Source: Negaprion brevirostris
Lineage: Eukaryota
Reading direction: 5' to 3'
Length of the DNA stretch: 64,000 nt
NCBI GenBank assembly: GCA_030324005.1
Contig: JARDVH010000031.1
Location: 70,784,954-70,848,953 of the forward strand
Of this stretch, positions 1 to 12,440 are shown in pieces; the stretch's first letter is position 1, and the number at the start of each line of letters is the position of its first letter. A program made the position numbers and the translations under genes. The notes beneath the pieces are model-generated. The model did no database searches, was not told where the DNA came from, and saw only the letters and a list, made by a program, of their open reading frames with translations.

Positions 1-413
1 TTTAGAAGGCTGAGGGGGGAATCTTATAGAGACTTACAAGATAATGAAGGGGCTAGATAGGGTAGAGGTAGAGAGATTCTTTCTACTTAGAAAGGAAACC
101 AGAATTAGAGGGCGCAGCCTCAAAAGGGGTGGGGGGGGGCGTGGCCAGTTTAGAACAGAGTTGAGGAGGAACTTCTTCTCTCAGAGGCTGGTAAATCTCT
201 GGAATTCTCTGCCCATTGAAGTGGCGGAGGCTACCTCGTTGAATATGTTTAAGTCACAGGTAGATAGATAAGGAAATTAAGGGTTATGGGGAGCAGGCGG
301 GAAAGTGGAACTGATCCACCATTCATCAGATTAGCCATGATCTTATTGAATGGCAGGGCAGGCTCAAAGGGCTAGATTGCCTACTCCTGCTCCTATTTCT
401 TATGTTCTTATGT
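1..413 (+). mobile_element. CR1-clade LINE 3' end (ORF2 C-terminus plus 3'UTR)
   Basis: ORF 44..271 reads ...RRNFFSQRLVNLWNSLP.EV.EA.SLN.FK..VDR, typical of the CR1 ORF2 C-terminus. The tail is CCTACTCCTGCTCCTATTTCTTATGTTCTTATG. Confidence 0.9.
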
Positions 414-610
414 CTGTACCTTTAAGACTTGATTACCTGTAAAGACTCGTATTCCAACCATTATCTTGTAAATTGAGTTTGTGCCTATATATGCCTGTTT
501 GTGAACACAACTTCCATTCACTTGATAAAGGGGCGGTGCTCCGAAAGCTTATGGCTTGTGCTATCAAATAAACCTGTTGGACTTCACCTGGTGTTGAGAA
601 ACTTCTTACT
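414..610 (+). mobile_element. Penelope-like element terminal fragment with degenerate hammerhead-type core
   Basis: CACTTGATAAAGGGGCGGTGCTCCGAAAGC...AATAAACCTGTTGGAC resembles the CTGANGA-stem-GAAA terminus of Penelope pLTRs. Confidence 0.5.
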
Positions 611-748
611 GTGTGAGGAAACCAAAGTACCTGAAGAAAACCCATACAGACATGGGGAGAACATGCAAACACCTCACAGTCATCCAACGTGGGAATCAAA
701 CCCAGGTCTCTGGCACTTTGAGGCAGCGGTGCTAACCACTGTATCACT
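609..748 (-). mobile_element. HE1-like tRNA-derived V-SINE, 5' part
   Basis: Reverse complement of the CAGTGGTTAGCAC...GGGTT.GATTCCC...TGCATGTTCTCCCC head seen in the plus-strand copies. Confidence 0.85.
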
Positions 749-1384
749 CTGTGACTGTGACGCTACAATATCCATTGTTGTCCTTCCTGCAGCTTTTGAC
801 ATGCTGACCATGCCATTCCCTTCCAGAGAGTTTCCTTCATCATCCAGTTTAGTGAGAGAACTTCTGCTTGGTTCATTCTTAACTATCTGAATATAGGCAG
901 GGCATCTCACACAATAATTTCTCTTCTTTTCACTGCACAATTAACTCCAGATTACTTTAAGAATCTAGCTTTTGTCCCCCTTTTCAACCATTGGTAGCAT
1001 TCATGTCAAGTAGATAACTAGCAAAAGCTGACTAACTTGTTTCCAAAAAGCAGCCCTGAAGTTGGTCTATGACACGCAGTTGCACAAAGTGCAATGGGGC
1101 AGTCATCATAATTCATGCTGCAAGTGTAGCCAACATTCTCATACTTGTGGAGTGGATGATTATTGAAAAGTTGTGGAAATTTTCTCTCTTGCCTTATAGT
1201 GTTTCATAATAAATCTGATCATTTGTTTACATACTTGTTACAGTGACATTGGAGTATTCTTCTTTTCACAATCACAAAGGTATTCTTCTCCTTCAGTTTG
1301 TACCAGTAATTTACTCCCATTCTTACATCAGTTCATGATATCAGTCTTCTCCCTTTTCACACTAAATTCTCACTGGCACTCTTA

Positions 1385-1666
1385 ACATATTAGCATGGAT
1401 AGAAGATTGGCTTGCTGGCAGAAAACAGGGTATATATAAATGGGTCTTTTTCTGATCCTCAGTACACGATGCAGGGATCTGTGCTGGGGCCTCATCTTTT
1501 AGCAATTTATCTCAATGACTTAGATGAAAGGAGTGAAGGCACGGTAGTTAAATTAACACAAAGATGGATGAGAAATGTTGTGAAGAGCCAATAAGATGCT
1601 TGCAGACAGACGTAAAAAAGTCAAGTGGGCAGAAATCTGGCAGATGGAGTATAATGTGGTGAAAAT
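1385..1666 (+). mobile_element. CR1 LINE reverse-transcriptase fragment, running into a gap
   Basis: ORFs give QGSVLGPHL.AIYLNDLD and KWAEIWQMEYNV.K, which are RT-domain motifs. Confidence 0.85.
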
Positions 1667-3949
1667 NNNNNNNNNNNNNNNNNNNNNNNNNNNNNNNNNN
1701 NNNNNNNNNNNNNNNNNNNNNNNNNNNNNNNNNNNNNNNNNNNNNNNNNNNNNNNNNNNNNNNNNNNNNNNNNNNNNNNNNNNNNNNNNNNNNNNNNNNN
1801 NNNNNNNNNNNNNNNNNNNNNNNNNNNNNNNNNNNNNNNNNNNNNNNNNNNNNNNNNNNNNNNNNNNNNNNNNNNNNNNNNNNNNNNNNNNNNNNNNNNN
1901 NNNNNNNNNNNNNNNNNNNNNNNNNNNNNNNNNNNNNNNNNNNNNNNNNNNNNNNNNNNNNNNNNNNNNNNNNNNNNNNNNNNNNNNNNNNNNNNNNNNN
2001 NNNNNNNNNNNNNNNNNNNNNNNNNNNNNNNNNNNNNNNNNNNNNNNNNNNNNNNNNNNNNNNNNNNNNNNNNNNNNNNNNNNNNNNNNNNNNNNNNNNN
2101 NNNNNNNNNNNNNNNNNNNNNNNNNNNNNNNNNNNNNNNNNNNNNNNNNNNNNNNNNNNNNNNNNNNNNNNNNNNNNNNNNNNNNNNNNNNNNNNNNNNN
2201 NNNNNNNNNNNNNNNNNNNNNNNNNNNNNNNNNNNNNNNNNNNNNNNNNNNNNNNNNNNNNNNNNNNNNNNNNNNNNNNNNNNNNNNNNNNNNNNNNNNN
2301 NNNNNNNNNNNNNNNNNNNNNNNNNNNNNNNNNNNNNNNNNNNNNNNNNNNNNNNNNNNNNNNNNNNNNNNNNNNNNNNNNNNNNNNNNNNNNNNNNNNN
2401 NNNNNNNNNNNNNNNNNNNNNNNNNNNNNNNNNNNNNNNNNNNNNNNNNNNNCATATTTTCTCCTTCAAGGTGACATCCATTGCCCGCCCACCTCAGTTT
2501 ACGCTGATACTTATCTCCCTATCCCCTACCTGTGTCTGAAGTTTCAACTTGTTAACCTTAACTATCAGTTCACTGTGGCTCTCTTCACAACCCTCAGTTT
2601 ATGGTGGCATTTTTCACTCCATGTTTTCCACCAACACGCTAGCACATTTAATCTAAACTGCCCTTCACTCCATGCTGGCATCTTCCCTCACCTCACACTT
2701 CTGTAACTCATCTCCCTAGTATTTCCAGCTGGCAATCATCTTCAAGCATCCTTCTCAGTGACACTCCTGGATCCTATCTCCTGCTATTCTGAAATGTGAA
2801 ATATTGCTTTGGGAAAAATTTTCATGGTTATGCTACAACCTTGTATATCAACCATCAACTTAGTTCAGAGCACTCTTGCCTCTCAGTCAGAAAGTTGTGG
2901 GTTAAGCCCCACTTCAAGTTTTCAGTACATAATCCATTCTCACATTTCAACACAGCAATGTAGCAAACATACACTTGGGGATATAACCTTCCCCAACATC
3001 ATGGAATTGCTTGAAAAAGTAACTGTGAATTAAAAAACAGAAACAAAAAATCATAAATAAGATGCAATATCATTTTTCATTACATCTGAAAGCATAGTAC
3101 CAATGAAACATTTCAGTTTATTTCCCGAATACTAATATGGTAATCATTTGTCATAATGTTCCCTTTGGGAGCCATAAGAAGGCAGTATTATAGCGAAGGG
3201 CAAGTTTCAATGAAGTGCTGGGAACTTCAGCTTACTAATAATTATTTAGCAAAATGACTAATTTAGCTTATAGTTTTTGGGTAACATTACCTAATGCTAA
3301 TGATTCAGAAGCTTTTAGGGGGCCATAAATAACACTTTATTTTGAAGGTAGCGGTTAACCTAGTGCAAAGTTATTGCAATACGGAAATGATCTGCACAGC
3401 AGGTTTTTTACTTTCACTTTCTGTCCAATATCCAGCATTGCAAGTAGCAAAACGTTGTACTGAAATATTCTGAATAGTGAAAACTACAGAGCAACATTAT
3501 TCAGACATAACAAGACTCAATACACTGTGGTTTAAAAATGTAACTTATTTTCATGTATCTTGTTCTGAAAAGTTAATGCAATTTCATCTATTTGAATAGA
3601 TTTGCAATTCCTTTCATTTTTTATTAAGTTATAATTCCTAGCATTTCTTCAAAAGCTATGCTTTTGAACATTTCAATACCAAAGGTGCTTCAACTTTATG
3701 AACCAGATGAGGAAAAGAGAAGTTTATCAAAAATACTGAGGAAACCAACTGCTGTTCCTTGCATTGCTTAACTGCACATTGTAACATCCAATTAATTCCT
3801 TGTTTGTAACATTTTCAAGTCTTGCATACAAAATGCACTTCTTGAACATTTGCCATCACCCTCCCTGTCATGTATAAACTTCCTTGTTGCCTGTGACTAA
3901 ATTATCCTGCTTCATCTCTGAAATAAACGGTGCTTTTGTTTTTTCAGAA

Positions 3950-4340
3950 TCAAAGAATGATGCAACACTAAAGGAGACCATTCAGCCCATTGTTCCTGCA
4001 CCACTCTGATAGAACTATCCAGTTAATCCCATTGTCCTGCTATTTCCTCCACAGACTTGTATTTTCTCCCTTCAAACATAGACCTAGTTATCTTCAGAAT
4101 GTTAGTATCAATCTGCTTAAATTAGATATTCAATTAGTGATCACAAGATTGCCTTGTTAAAAATATGTTTCCTCATGCTCTTTTGCCAATCACCATAAAT
4201 TTGTACCTTCTGGTAAGCATCCTCCACCACAGGTGACAGTTTTCCCTTCCTTACTCCATGAAACTGTCCAGAATTTTAATTATTCCTGCTTTATAGGGAA
4301 TAATTCTAGCTTCTTCAGTCTCTCTGCACAACTGAAATCT
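3950..4340 (-). mobile_element. Old CR1-type LINE 3' fragment
   Basis: AGAATC...GGAGACCATTCAGCCCAT start and CCATAAATTTGTACCTTCTGG segment are the reverse of the CR1 3' end pattern. Confidence 0.6.
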
Positions 4341-5047
4341 CTCACCTTGATACTATTTATATTTTCTTTGCCTCCAACTGAATCTTTCTACCTCTACCTT
4401 CAAGATAAAAAAAATTATTTCGGGCCTTCTATCTGAGGCCTCCCAAGTCAGAGGTCCTTCCAGTTGACTCTTCTCACTCCACACTGCCATAGCCACTGGT
4501 CTAACAGCCAATATGTTTGCTGTTTTCCATTCTGCCATTCCTACTGCTCAAGCCAAGCAGCAGGCATACTACTCCCAAATCCACCCCCACCCCCAAAGCC
4601 CATTACTGCCCGANNNNNNNNNNNNNNNNNNNNNNNNNNNNNNNNNNNNNNNNNNNNNNNNNNNNNNNNNNNNNNNNNNNNNNNNNNNNNNNNNNNNNNN
4701 NNNNNNNNNNNNNNNNNNNNNNNNNNNNNNNNNNNNNNNNNNNNNNNNNNNNNNNNNNNNNNNNNNNNNNNNNNNNNNNNNNNNNNNNNNNNNNNNNNNN
4801 NNNNNNNNNNNNNNNNNNNNNNNNNNNNNNNNNNNNNNNNNNNNNNNNNNNNNNNNNNNNNNNNNNNNNNNNNNNNNNNNNNNNNNNNNNNNNNNNNNNN
4901 NNNNNNNNNNNNNNNNNNNNNNNNNNNNNNNNNNNNNNNNNNNNNNNNNNNNNNNNNNNNNNNNNNNNNNNNNNNNNNNNNNNNNNNNNNNNNNNNNNNN
5001 NNNNNNNNNNNNNNNNNNNNNNNNNNNNNNNNNNNNNNNNNNNNNNN

Positions 5048-5300
5048 CTGGGTTCGATTCCCAGCTTGGGTCACTGTCTGTGTGGAGTTTGCACATTCTC
5101 CATGTCCTCCGGTTTCTTCCCACACTCCAAAGATGTACAGGTTAGATGGATTGGCGATGCTAAATTGACCCTAGTGTTAGATGGATTAGCAGGGTGAATA
5201 TATGGGGTTACAGGAATAGGTCCTGGTGAGATTGTGGTCAGTGCAGACTCAATTGGTCAAATGGCCTCCTTCTGCACTGCCGGAATTCTATGATTCTATA
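5048..5300 (+). mobile_element. HE1-like V-SINE (5' end in gap)
   Basis: GGGTTCGATTCCC B box, GTGTGGAGTTTGCACATTCTCC core and ATTCTATGATTCTAT tail. Confidence 0.9.
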
Positions 5301-6769
5301 CTCATATATCAGCCACCACCAATGTTAGCCAAACATCGAATCCCGATCCCCTGTATTGTTAAGCTTCACTCCACTGTGTTTTTGCATACATCTTAACTAA
5401 CTGCAACCCAATAGATTCTCTACCATTTCTCAACCTTCAAGATGAAACATTATGCATTCAGTTACTCTCCAGGCTGAGCATATAATTTAAACAGAAACTT
5501 CAGCAAAACAGGGAGCATTCCCAGTCGAAATTTGTCCCTCAACCAAATCCACAAAAATACAGATTAGCTTGTTGTTGACCTCATTTGTTCTATGTGAAAT
5601 CTTGTAATAAACAATTGGATTTGACATTGGTACAGTCCAAGGGAAATTCATCCTTGCACTGTTTTCATTCCAGGGATGAGCTAAGGTGCTACAAAGGTTT
5701 TCCTTGCTTGAGATATTTACCTTGAATTTTATTTAAAGAGGTCAACTAATTTTCTTAGCAATTTCAAAGTGGCAGTTTTACATAAAACTTAATTACAGAA
5801 CATAATTAAGTCATTCAGTTTGCATATGCTAAGCTAATGGGCTACTTAGATCTAAGTTTTATTTGTCTCTTCATGTTCTCCGGTGAAAGAAAAGTTGCAA
5901 GTGGCAGCTAACTTGACCCTGTGATGCTGAGGATGTTTGTTCACGTTGGAATGGAGGGAAAATCTTGCCAGTGTTATTGCATATGTGCACTGACGAAAAC
6001 AATTGGCAAAAGAACCAATGGCAACATGAGGGAAACCTTTTCTTTAACGCAGCGAGTGACATGGATCTGGAATGCGATACCTTAGAATGTGGTGGAGACA
6101 GATTAAATCAGGGCTTTGAAAGGAAGTTGAATAAGTACCTGAAGAAAAAGAAATTGTAGGTCTATAGAAAAGACAGCAGTTTTGAAACCAGCTGATTCTC
6201 CCTTCTGTAGGGTTGGAGTGGGCCAAATGGTCTCCTGCATTATAACCAGTCTAAGATTCTATGACTCTTAATTACAAAACATTTATAAATTCTTGCACTT
6301 GTTGAAGATGAGGGTGAAGGGAGCACAGATGATGCAGTAATTAGATCTGCTCACCAGAATGTTCCTGACAAAGCTGGCATTTTTAGCAAAAGTGAGACCT
6401 AATTGAGCTTGATATTTGTCCGGCCAGATCCGGTGACATATGGGCAATCAAGTTGCATGGTAGATAAGCTTAGTTTTACACTTCTTCGTCTTGAGGAACT
6501 AAGGGTTTTCTGGGAACAAGGACACCAAAGATGGATGTGGTTCAGCAGATCGTCAGCTGCAGAAATATCATGATCAATGGAAGGCCACAGGTTAGCCAGT
6601 CCACAGTTGAAGGTAAAATTGTAATTTGTTTGAAGGAGTTATTCTTTGGAGTTAGTTGAAGAAAGTGTGGTTCGTAGAAGATAAGGAAGGTGTTCTTGGT
6701 GAGGGATACAACAGAGTGATTGCGAATGACATTATGTGCTCTAACAGTTGAAAAGTTCTGAAATAATGA

Positions 6770-7530
6770 ATAACAACAATTTCTATTTCTACAGCAGCTT
6801 TAATGCAATGACATATCCCAAAGCACTTTACAGGAATGTCATAAAGCAACATTTTACATTGAATCACCTAAGGAGACATGTAGTAGGTTTTAAGGAGCTT
6901 CCTATAAGAGAAAAAAAATCAGAGAGGTAGAGTGGTTTAGGTACAAAATTCCAGAGTTTTGGGCCTTGGCTATTAAAGATTAAACAATGGTGGAACAGTT
7001 AAACTTGGGGACACTCATGAGGCCAGAAATAGAGTGCAGATATCACAAGGAGGAGATTATAGGGATACGCATGAGAGAGACAATCGAATGATTTGAAACC
7101 AAGGATGAGAATTTTAAAATGAAGGTGCTGATTGCCAGGAGCCAATGTAGATCAGAAAGCATAAAGATGATGGGTGGACTGGACTTGGTGCAAGTTTGGA
7201 TATGGACAGCAAAAGCTTGAGTTCATCAAAAGTTAAGAGGGAAGAATATGGGTGGCCAGCCAAAAGTGTATTAAAATAGTGAAGTCTGAAGGCAACAAGG
7301 CATGGATGAGGATTTCAACTATAAGTAAGCTGAGACAAGGATGGAGTCAGACAATGCTAGGGATGGAAAGAGGTGGCTTTAGTGATGGCACTAACATGTG
7401 ACTGGAAGCTCCTGTCAAGGTCAAATGTGAAAATAAATTGGCAAACAGACTCGTTGAAACTCAGACAGTTGTCAGGAAAGGATTGGAGTCAATTATCAGA
7501 GAATGAGGTCTGCATATTGGGAGAAAACTG
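6770..7530 (-). mobile_element. L2-clade LINE 3' portion, degenerate
   Basis: Begins with the reverse of the L2/Deu-SINE tail (ACATATCCCAAAGCACTTTACAGG), followed by the purine-rich antisense ORF2 pattern. Confidence 0.6.
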
Positions 7531-7539
7531 TCTATATCT

Positions 7540-9180
7540 GACACAAGGAACAATTCTTAGCGTTGTTGGAGGTTACGGATGTAGCCCTAGGATATTGCTG
7601 CAGGAGTTCTTCAGGTCTACATCCTAGCCACAACTATCTTCAGTTGATTCATCTATGTACTTCCCTCCGCTATAAGGTCAAAAGTGGGATGGTTCACTGA
7701 TGACTTAAGTTTCAGCTCCACGTGCAATTGCTGAGATAATGAAGCAGTTCATGTCCAAATGCAACAACACTAGAACTACATTCAGGCTAAGGCTGACCAG
7801 TAGCAAGTAAGTTCACAAATTCCAGGCAAAGACTATCCCTGACAAGGAAATTTTGTGAAGTTCAATTTATACAGATGTACAAAATATCTGTAACAAATGT
7901 AAAATACTAAAGGAGAAACAACAGTGTGTGGTCCCTTTAAAAGCTAGTTGTGTCAGTGCCTTCAAAAGCTGGTGTTGTTCAATGCTAAGATGTTTAAAAT
8001 GCAGAGTACTCACAGACTCTAAGTTGCAACATTTGTTTCAGAGATCAGAAGCATCAGATAAAAGCAACTTACTACATATGTTGGAATCTGAAACCAAAAA
8101 AGAAAATGGTGGAAAATCTCAGCAGATCAGGCAGCATCTGTAAGGAAAGAAAAGAGCAAAGCTTTGATAAAGGGTTATCTGGACTTGAAATGTTACCAAA
8201 AGCATCAAGATTGCCTTGGTAAGCAGCTCTGCAGGTTTTTGCATTTTGTTAGCCTAAGGGTTTAAAGAAGACACTCAGCTAACAGCTGAGTTTAAAGAAA
8301 ACACTCAGCTAAAAAGGAATCTATCAGCTTTGAATTTGCTATTGTTGTCAACTTCAGGCCAATTCAAATACAGGAATGTTGATAGGTCATTAGGATTATA
8401 AAAGAGGAACTCAACTGCCTTGTTGAGTTCAACCAGAAGCAGGGCTAGACCACTGAAGCAGTTAAGAACAGTTGGATCAATTGCAGCAGTTAGTTCTTAA
8501 CTCTGCCAGCTTCAGAAAGGTCTTAAGATAAATCACCGTCTAATGAGCAAAAGGTACCAAATCAGACAGCACTTACAGATAACACACAACTTCCGAACGG
8601 TCGAACAGCATTTCAGTCAAATCGTACCTTCATTACTTCTTTAGTTAAAGTTCCTGGTTAGTTAAATGAAATACCTAGTTAATTATTCACTTAAAGTGAG
8701 TGTCAGGCCTTTATTTTAATGAATCTCTAAAATGTTAAATATGGACAGTCAACACCTTCCCAAATATTTTTACCAGATTACAACACGAGATAAAGGGGAT
8801 TAATCTCAATTTCATAACAGGAAGCCCAACAATATCCCTTTGACATTCATTCAAGCTCATTCAGCAACAATTCATCAGCAACATCATGGGCAGCATAACA
8901 CACCAGAACCACAACTGAAACAGCAACACAAGTGCAATGGTTACTAAAGCAGGTTATGGATTGAGCATTCAGCAGCAAACAGCTCACTTCCCAACTCCTC
9001 AAATATCTCCACCATCTACAAATATATCAGGAGTGCACAGGAATATATATATTTGTCTGCTTAGGTACACAGTTGCTGCAGCAACATTCAAGGAATTCAA
9101 CACTATTCAGGATACAGCAGTCTATCTGATTGGCATTCTACCCATTAGCTTAAACAGCCACCTCCATCCCTAGCATGCCG
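7540..9180 (+). mobile_element. LINE RT fragment (same family as 39580-40770), split into 7540-7850 and 8820-9180 by an LTR insertion
   Basis: TATTGCTGCAGGAGTTC-TCAGG...CCTAGCCACAACTATCTTCAGTTG is the degenerate reverse complement of 40490-40545. Homology resumes at 8820. Confidence 0.75.
7851..8819 (+). mobile_element. Probable solo LTR (about 970 bp including a nested insert)
   Basis: Imperfect inverted termini TTTTGTGAA...TTCATAACA, flanks GGAAA/GGAAG (5-bp TSD with one mismatch), internal TATAAAAG near 8397 and an internal direct repeat at about 8259-8315. It interrupts a LINE. Confidence 0.55.
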
Positions 9181-9189
9181 GAACAGCAC

Positions 9190-9655
9190 AGGATCAAGCC
9201 ATTCAGGTCAGTAAGTCCATGTACCATATCCTTCTGTATGCGAAGGGCAAGGCCCTGTCTGTGAATAGATGTGGCTTTTGGCATGCATTAGTAAGCCCCG
9301 AACTGACAATATTAAATTGATTTTCAGTGTAATTCACACACAGGGCCCTGTCCTTAGCAGACAAAACATGTCCACACTTCGTGCCTTTCTCAACCAAAAA
9401 ACGGTGTAGGGAACAGTCATTTCAGGTTCATTGCTTGGGAAATGCTTTGACCAGAGTTGACCTTCCCCTTTGAATTTAAATAAAGCTGAGCAGTTAACTG
9501 TTCCATGCTGCATTCTCCATGCAATGCCCCTATCAATCAGCCCTCCTTTCTCATGTGGCATACATTGTTCTCCCCATTACAGCTGGCAATTTCTTTGCAA
9601 GCTATCCTGATGAGTACAAGACAAGTTTTGATAGCATGTCTCTTTTTCAACAATA
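9190..9655 (+). mobile_element. Penelope-like retroelement 3' end (GIY-YIG C-terminus relic plus pLTR)
   Basis: ATTCACACACAGGGCCCTGTCCTTAGCAGACAA translates to IHTQGPVLSRQ, similar to the PLE 'I..x.P.L.RQ' terminus. An intact CTGATGA is present at 9607-9613. Confidence 0.55.
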
Positions 9656-11709
9656 ACTATTATTGGCTTTAACAGCATACATTTTTATTCTCAGGTTCAT
9701 TAAACAATTCTACAAATCTGCACTACATTTTACAGTATGTGGAAATAACAAAGGCCCCACCAATGCTTTTATTGATAAGTGCACTGAAAAGAATGAAATT
9801 GAGCCGGCCAACCTAGGTTTATCCTGGCCAGAAAAACAGCTCAAGAAACTGTAGTTTGTAGTCCCCATATTTATGATAGTCCCAGTCAACACAAGTATTT
9901 TGTAATGGCTGATTTGATTCTTGGTCTGGGCTAAGCACTCTGCTGGGACAATGGGTGAGGTGTAACAACTCAATACTACTGCACTAGGGAAGTAAGAAAA
10001 AAGGTAAGCAGCCACACTTCCAGCTTGTAATCACAATCTGATAAACCTTGCTAGTAGTTGTGTGAACAGCTGGTGAGAATTAGATTAGGATCTGCTGTGG
10101 TCTTTCCACTGAAGAATAACCTATGGACACTCACTACATTCTGACCACACATATTCTTAATAAATGTGTGTAGAAAGGGAGGGCGACTTGTAACTGTATC
10201 CAGCAAGAGTCAACAGGCCCAGAAAGGGATCAAACAAAACTGGGATGAAATAATTACATTTAGAGCAATACTCCAAGTGATGGGACGAAATGGGGTTCAT
10301 AAATCATACAAGGTTTCTCAGTTGCAAATATCATCTCAATCATTTGACTAGGCTGTTACCCTGCTATTTAGAGGAATTTATTATCCTCTATGTAATATGC
10401 AGGATTATGTATACCCTAGTCCATTCATTTTCAAAGGGGAACTGTCATTTCCTATCAAATGACAAACTGCATATTCCACTTTTTTTTTGTAAAATCCCTG
10501 TTCCTAGGATATGAAGGAAACATGTGGACAAAGCCCAATAGCATTAATGATGGTAGTTACAGAAATCAGTAGGACAGAAAAGCTCAGCAACAAAGATCAA
10601 AGAAAATGGAATAATTTTTTATACAAGTAAACAAAATACAGGCTGTAACATAATCTTCAGGGATATGATGACTTTAGTTGTGATTTATTGAATTACTGCA
10701 TTTCAGGACTAACAGATTTATCTTTTTCTCTTTGATTCTGTACAAGTATCAGAACATGTAGATTATTGCTGTACAAGTTTGTAACTTCCATAGTATTGTT
10801 AAATATTGTCAAAAACACAATGTTCTCTACTGGCAGCAAGGAGTTAGACATTGATTAGTGGTCTATGTAAGGTACAAGTTACTGTGCTCCAAGTAACATA
10901 AAAACCATATTCAGATTTTTCTAATTTACTCCTAGTCATTTATTTACTATATATTTATTTCCATAGTGAGATTTTTGTCTCCAGTTATGTTACAATCGAA
11001 TTCTGTTACCTTGTAATGGATTGAACCTTCAGTGGTTGTAAACTTCCTTCTCACCTCCCAAAAGAAAAATCCTCAGCCTATTGTACGGAAAAGCAACTTG
11101 ATAATTTGCAAGTAATTGCTTCTGTGATCCTTTATTTCCTAAAGTCTGATTAATCTTACTTATTTCAAGCACAGCACTAAATTGTTCATTTGGTCCCTGT
11201 CCTGTGTGCTGTATGCTATGATGTTTCTGGGAGGGCCATACGATAACATCTTTCATAGTGGGGACTGTTATTTTGGCCATTGAAAATGCAATAATCATTC
11301 CAGAAAACTGGAGGAAAGGACCAATTAGAATTGTCCTGATTAATGCAAGATGAAAAGCTTCAATATTTCCATTTTTTAGCATTACTCAAGTTCTGTACTA
11401 CTAAACAACTAATTGGAAATATGCTTTTTGAGCATTTGCAGGAGAATGGTGACAGAAATTATTACACTCGTAAAGAGTGGAAGATACAGTTTGCAAGGTA
11501 GAATGCTCAACTTCTCTGATTTCCCCTTCTCATCATCTTTCTTCCAAATCTCTGCTAAGGCTTGTGTAATGGGAACCATAGATTCATTGATCAGTAGTTG
11601 TTTTGCAACTGAGCATATTGCATGGTGTCCGCTACCATAGGTTCCAGCTGAAGATTGGACCAATACAGATACAAACGACTGACTGCCATTATGTAGTAGT
11701 AAGACTCAA

Positions 11710-11840
11710 TGGCTGGAATTTTATCAGCCCATCCACCAGGGGAATTGGAGCCAGTGGGGGGCAGAGCATGGGAAGATCTGTTGACCCTGGGCAGGATTTT
11801 ACAGTTTCAGGACGAGTGAGGCCATAAAATCCCACCCACC
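11710..11840. mobile_element. Short MITE with GGGC-GG-ATTTT / AAAATCC-CCC-type terminal inverted repeats (probably PIF/Harbinger)
   Basis: GGCTGGAATTTT...AAAATCCCACCC termini. A homologous copy lies at 54444-54572. Confidence 0.65.
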
Positions 11841-12084
11841 ATATAAGTGTGCATCATCAAACCCTGGCTGCATTTTGCTGCTGCCATTTCATGTATCATC
11901 ATTTGGGTTTCAGCAAAAACATTAGGAACCTATACACTAATAACATGGTTGCGAATAAAGTTATAGATTTTATCTTTCCAAATATGAATTGTGTCAAGAG
12001 AAAATTTTAACTCCAGGATAAAGCACGTGCAAACATCCAAAAAGGAGGTAACTGACCTTGTGCAGTCACTACATCCCATCAATG

Positions 12085-12440
12085 ACTTAGTGAGTAGTGC
12101 TCGCCCTCTAAATCAGTAGATATTCAATTTATGTTCTATGCTAGAGTCTTCAGCACAATATCTGAACTGACATCCCAGTTGAACACAGAGAGTCAGTTGG
12201 ATGCGATATTGAACTAAAGCAATTTCTGTCCTCTCTGATGGATGCAAAAGACCCTGTGCCCACTATTACAAAGAAGCATTTATCCTCATCTAACATAACT
12301 TTTAAAGAACAAGGTATTTGGTCATTGTCTCATTGCTGTTTGTTGGAGCTTGCTATTCAAAACTTTGCTGCCAAATTTCCTACATCACAACAGTGATTAT
12401 GCTGAAAAATGCTTTATTTAAACTGAGCAAACTAGTGCAT
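12085..12440 (+). mobile_element. Deu-domain (SacSINE1-like) SINE, degenerate
   Basis: GATGCAAAAGACCCTGTGCCCACTATT and GGTCATTGTCTCATTGCTGTTTG..GGAGCTTGCT...TTTCCTACATCACAACAGTGA, shared with the copy at 15270. Confidence 0.7.

Noticed and set aside
1553-2481. Long ORFs of 200-360 aa here and at 4464-5197 and 13854-14988
   Set aside because: They are made of X residues from N gaps and are not real coding sequence.
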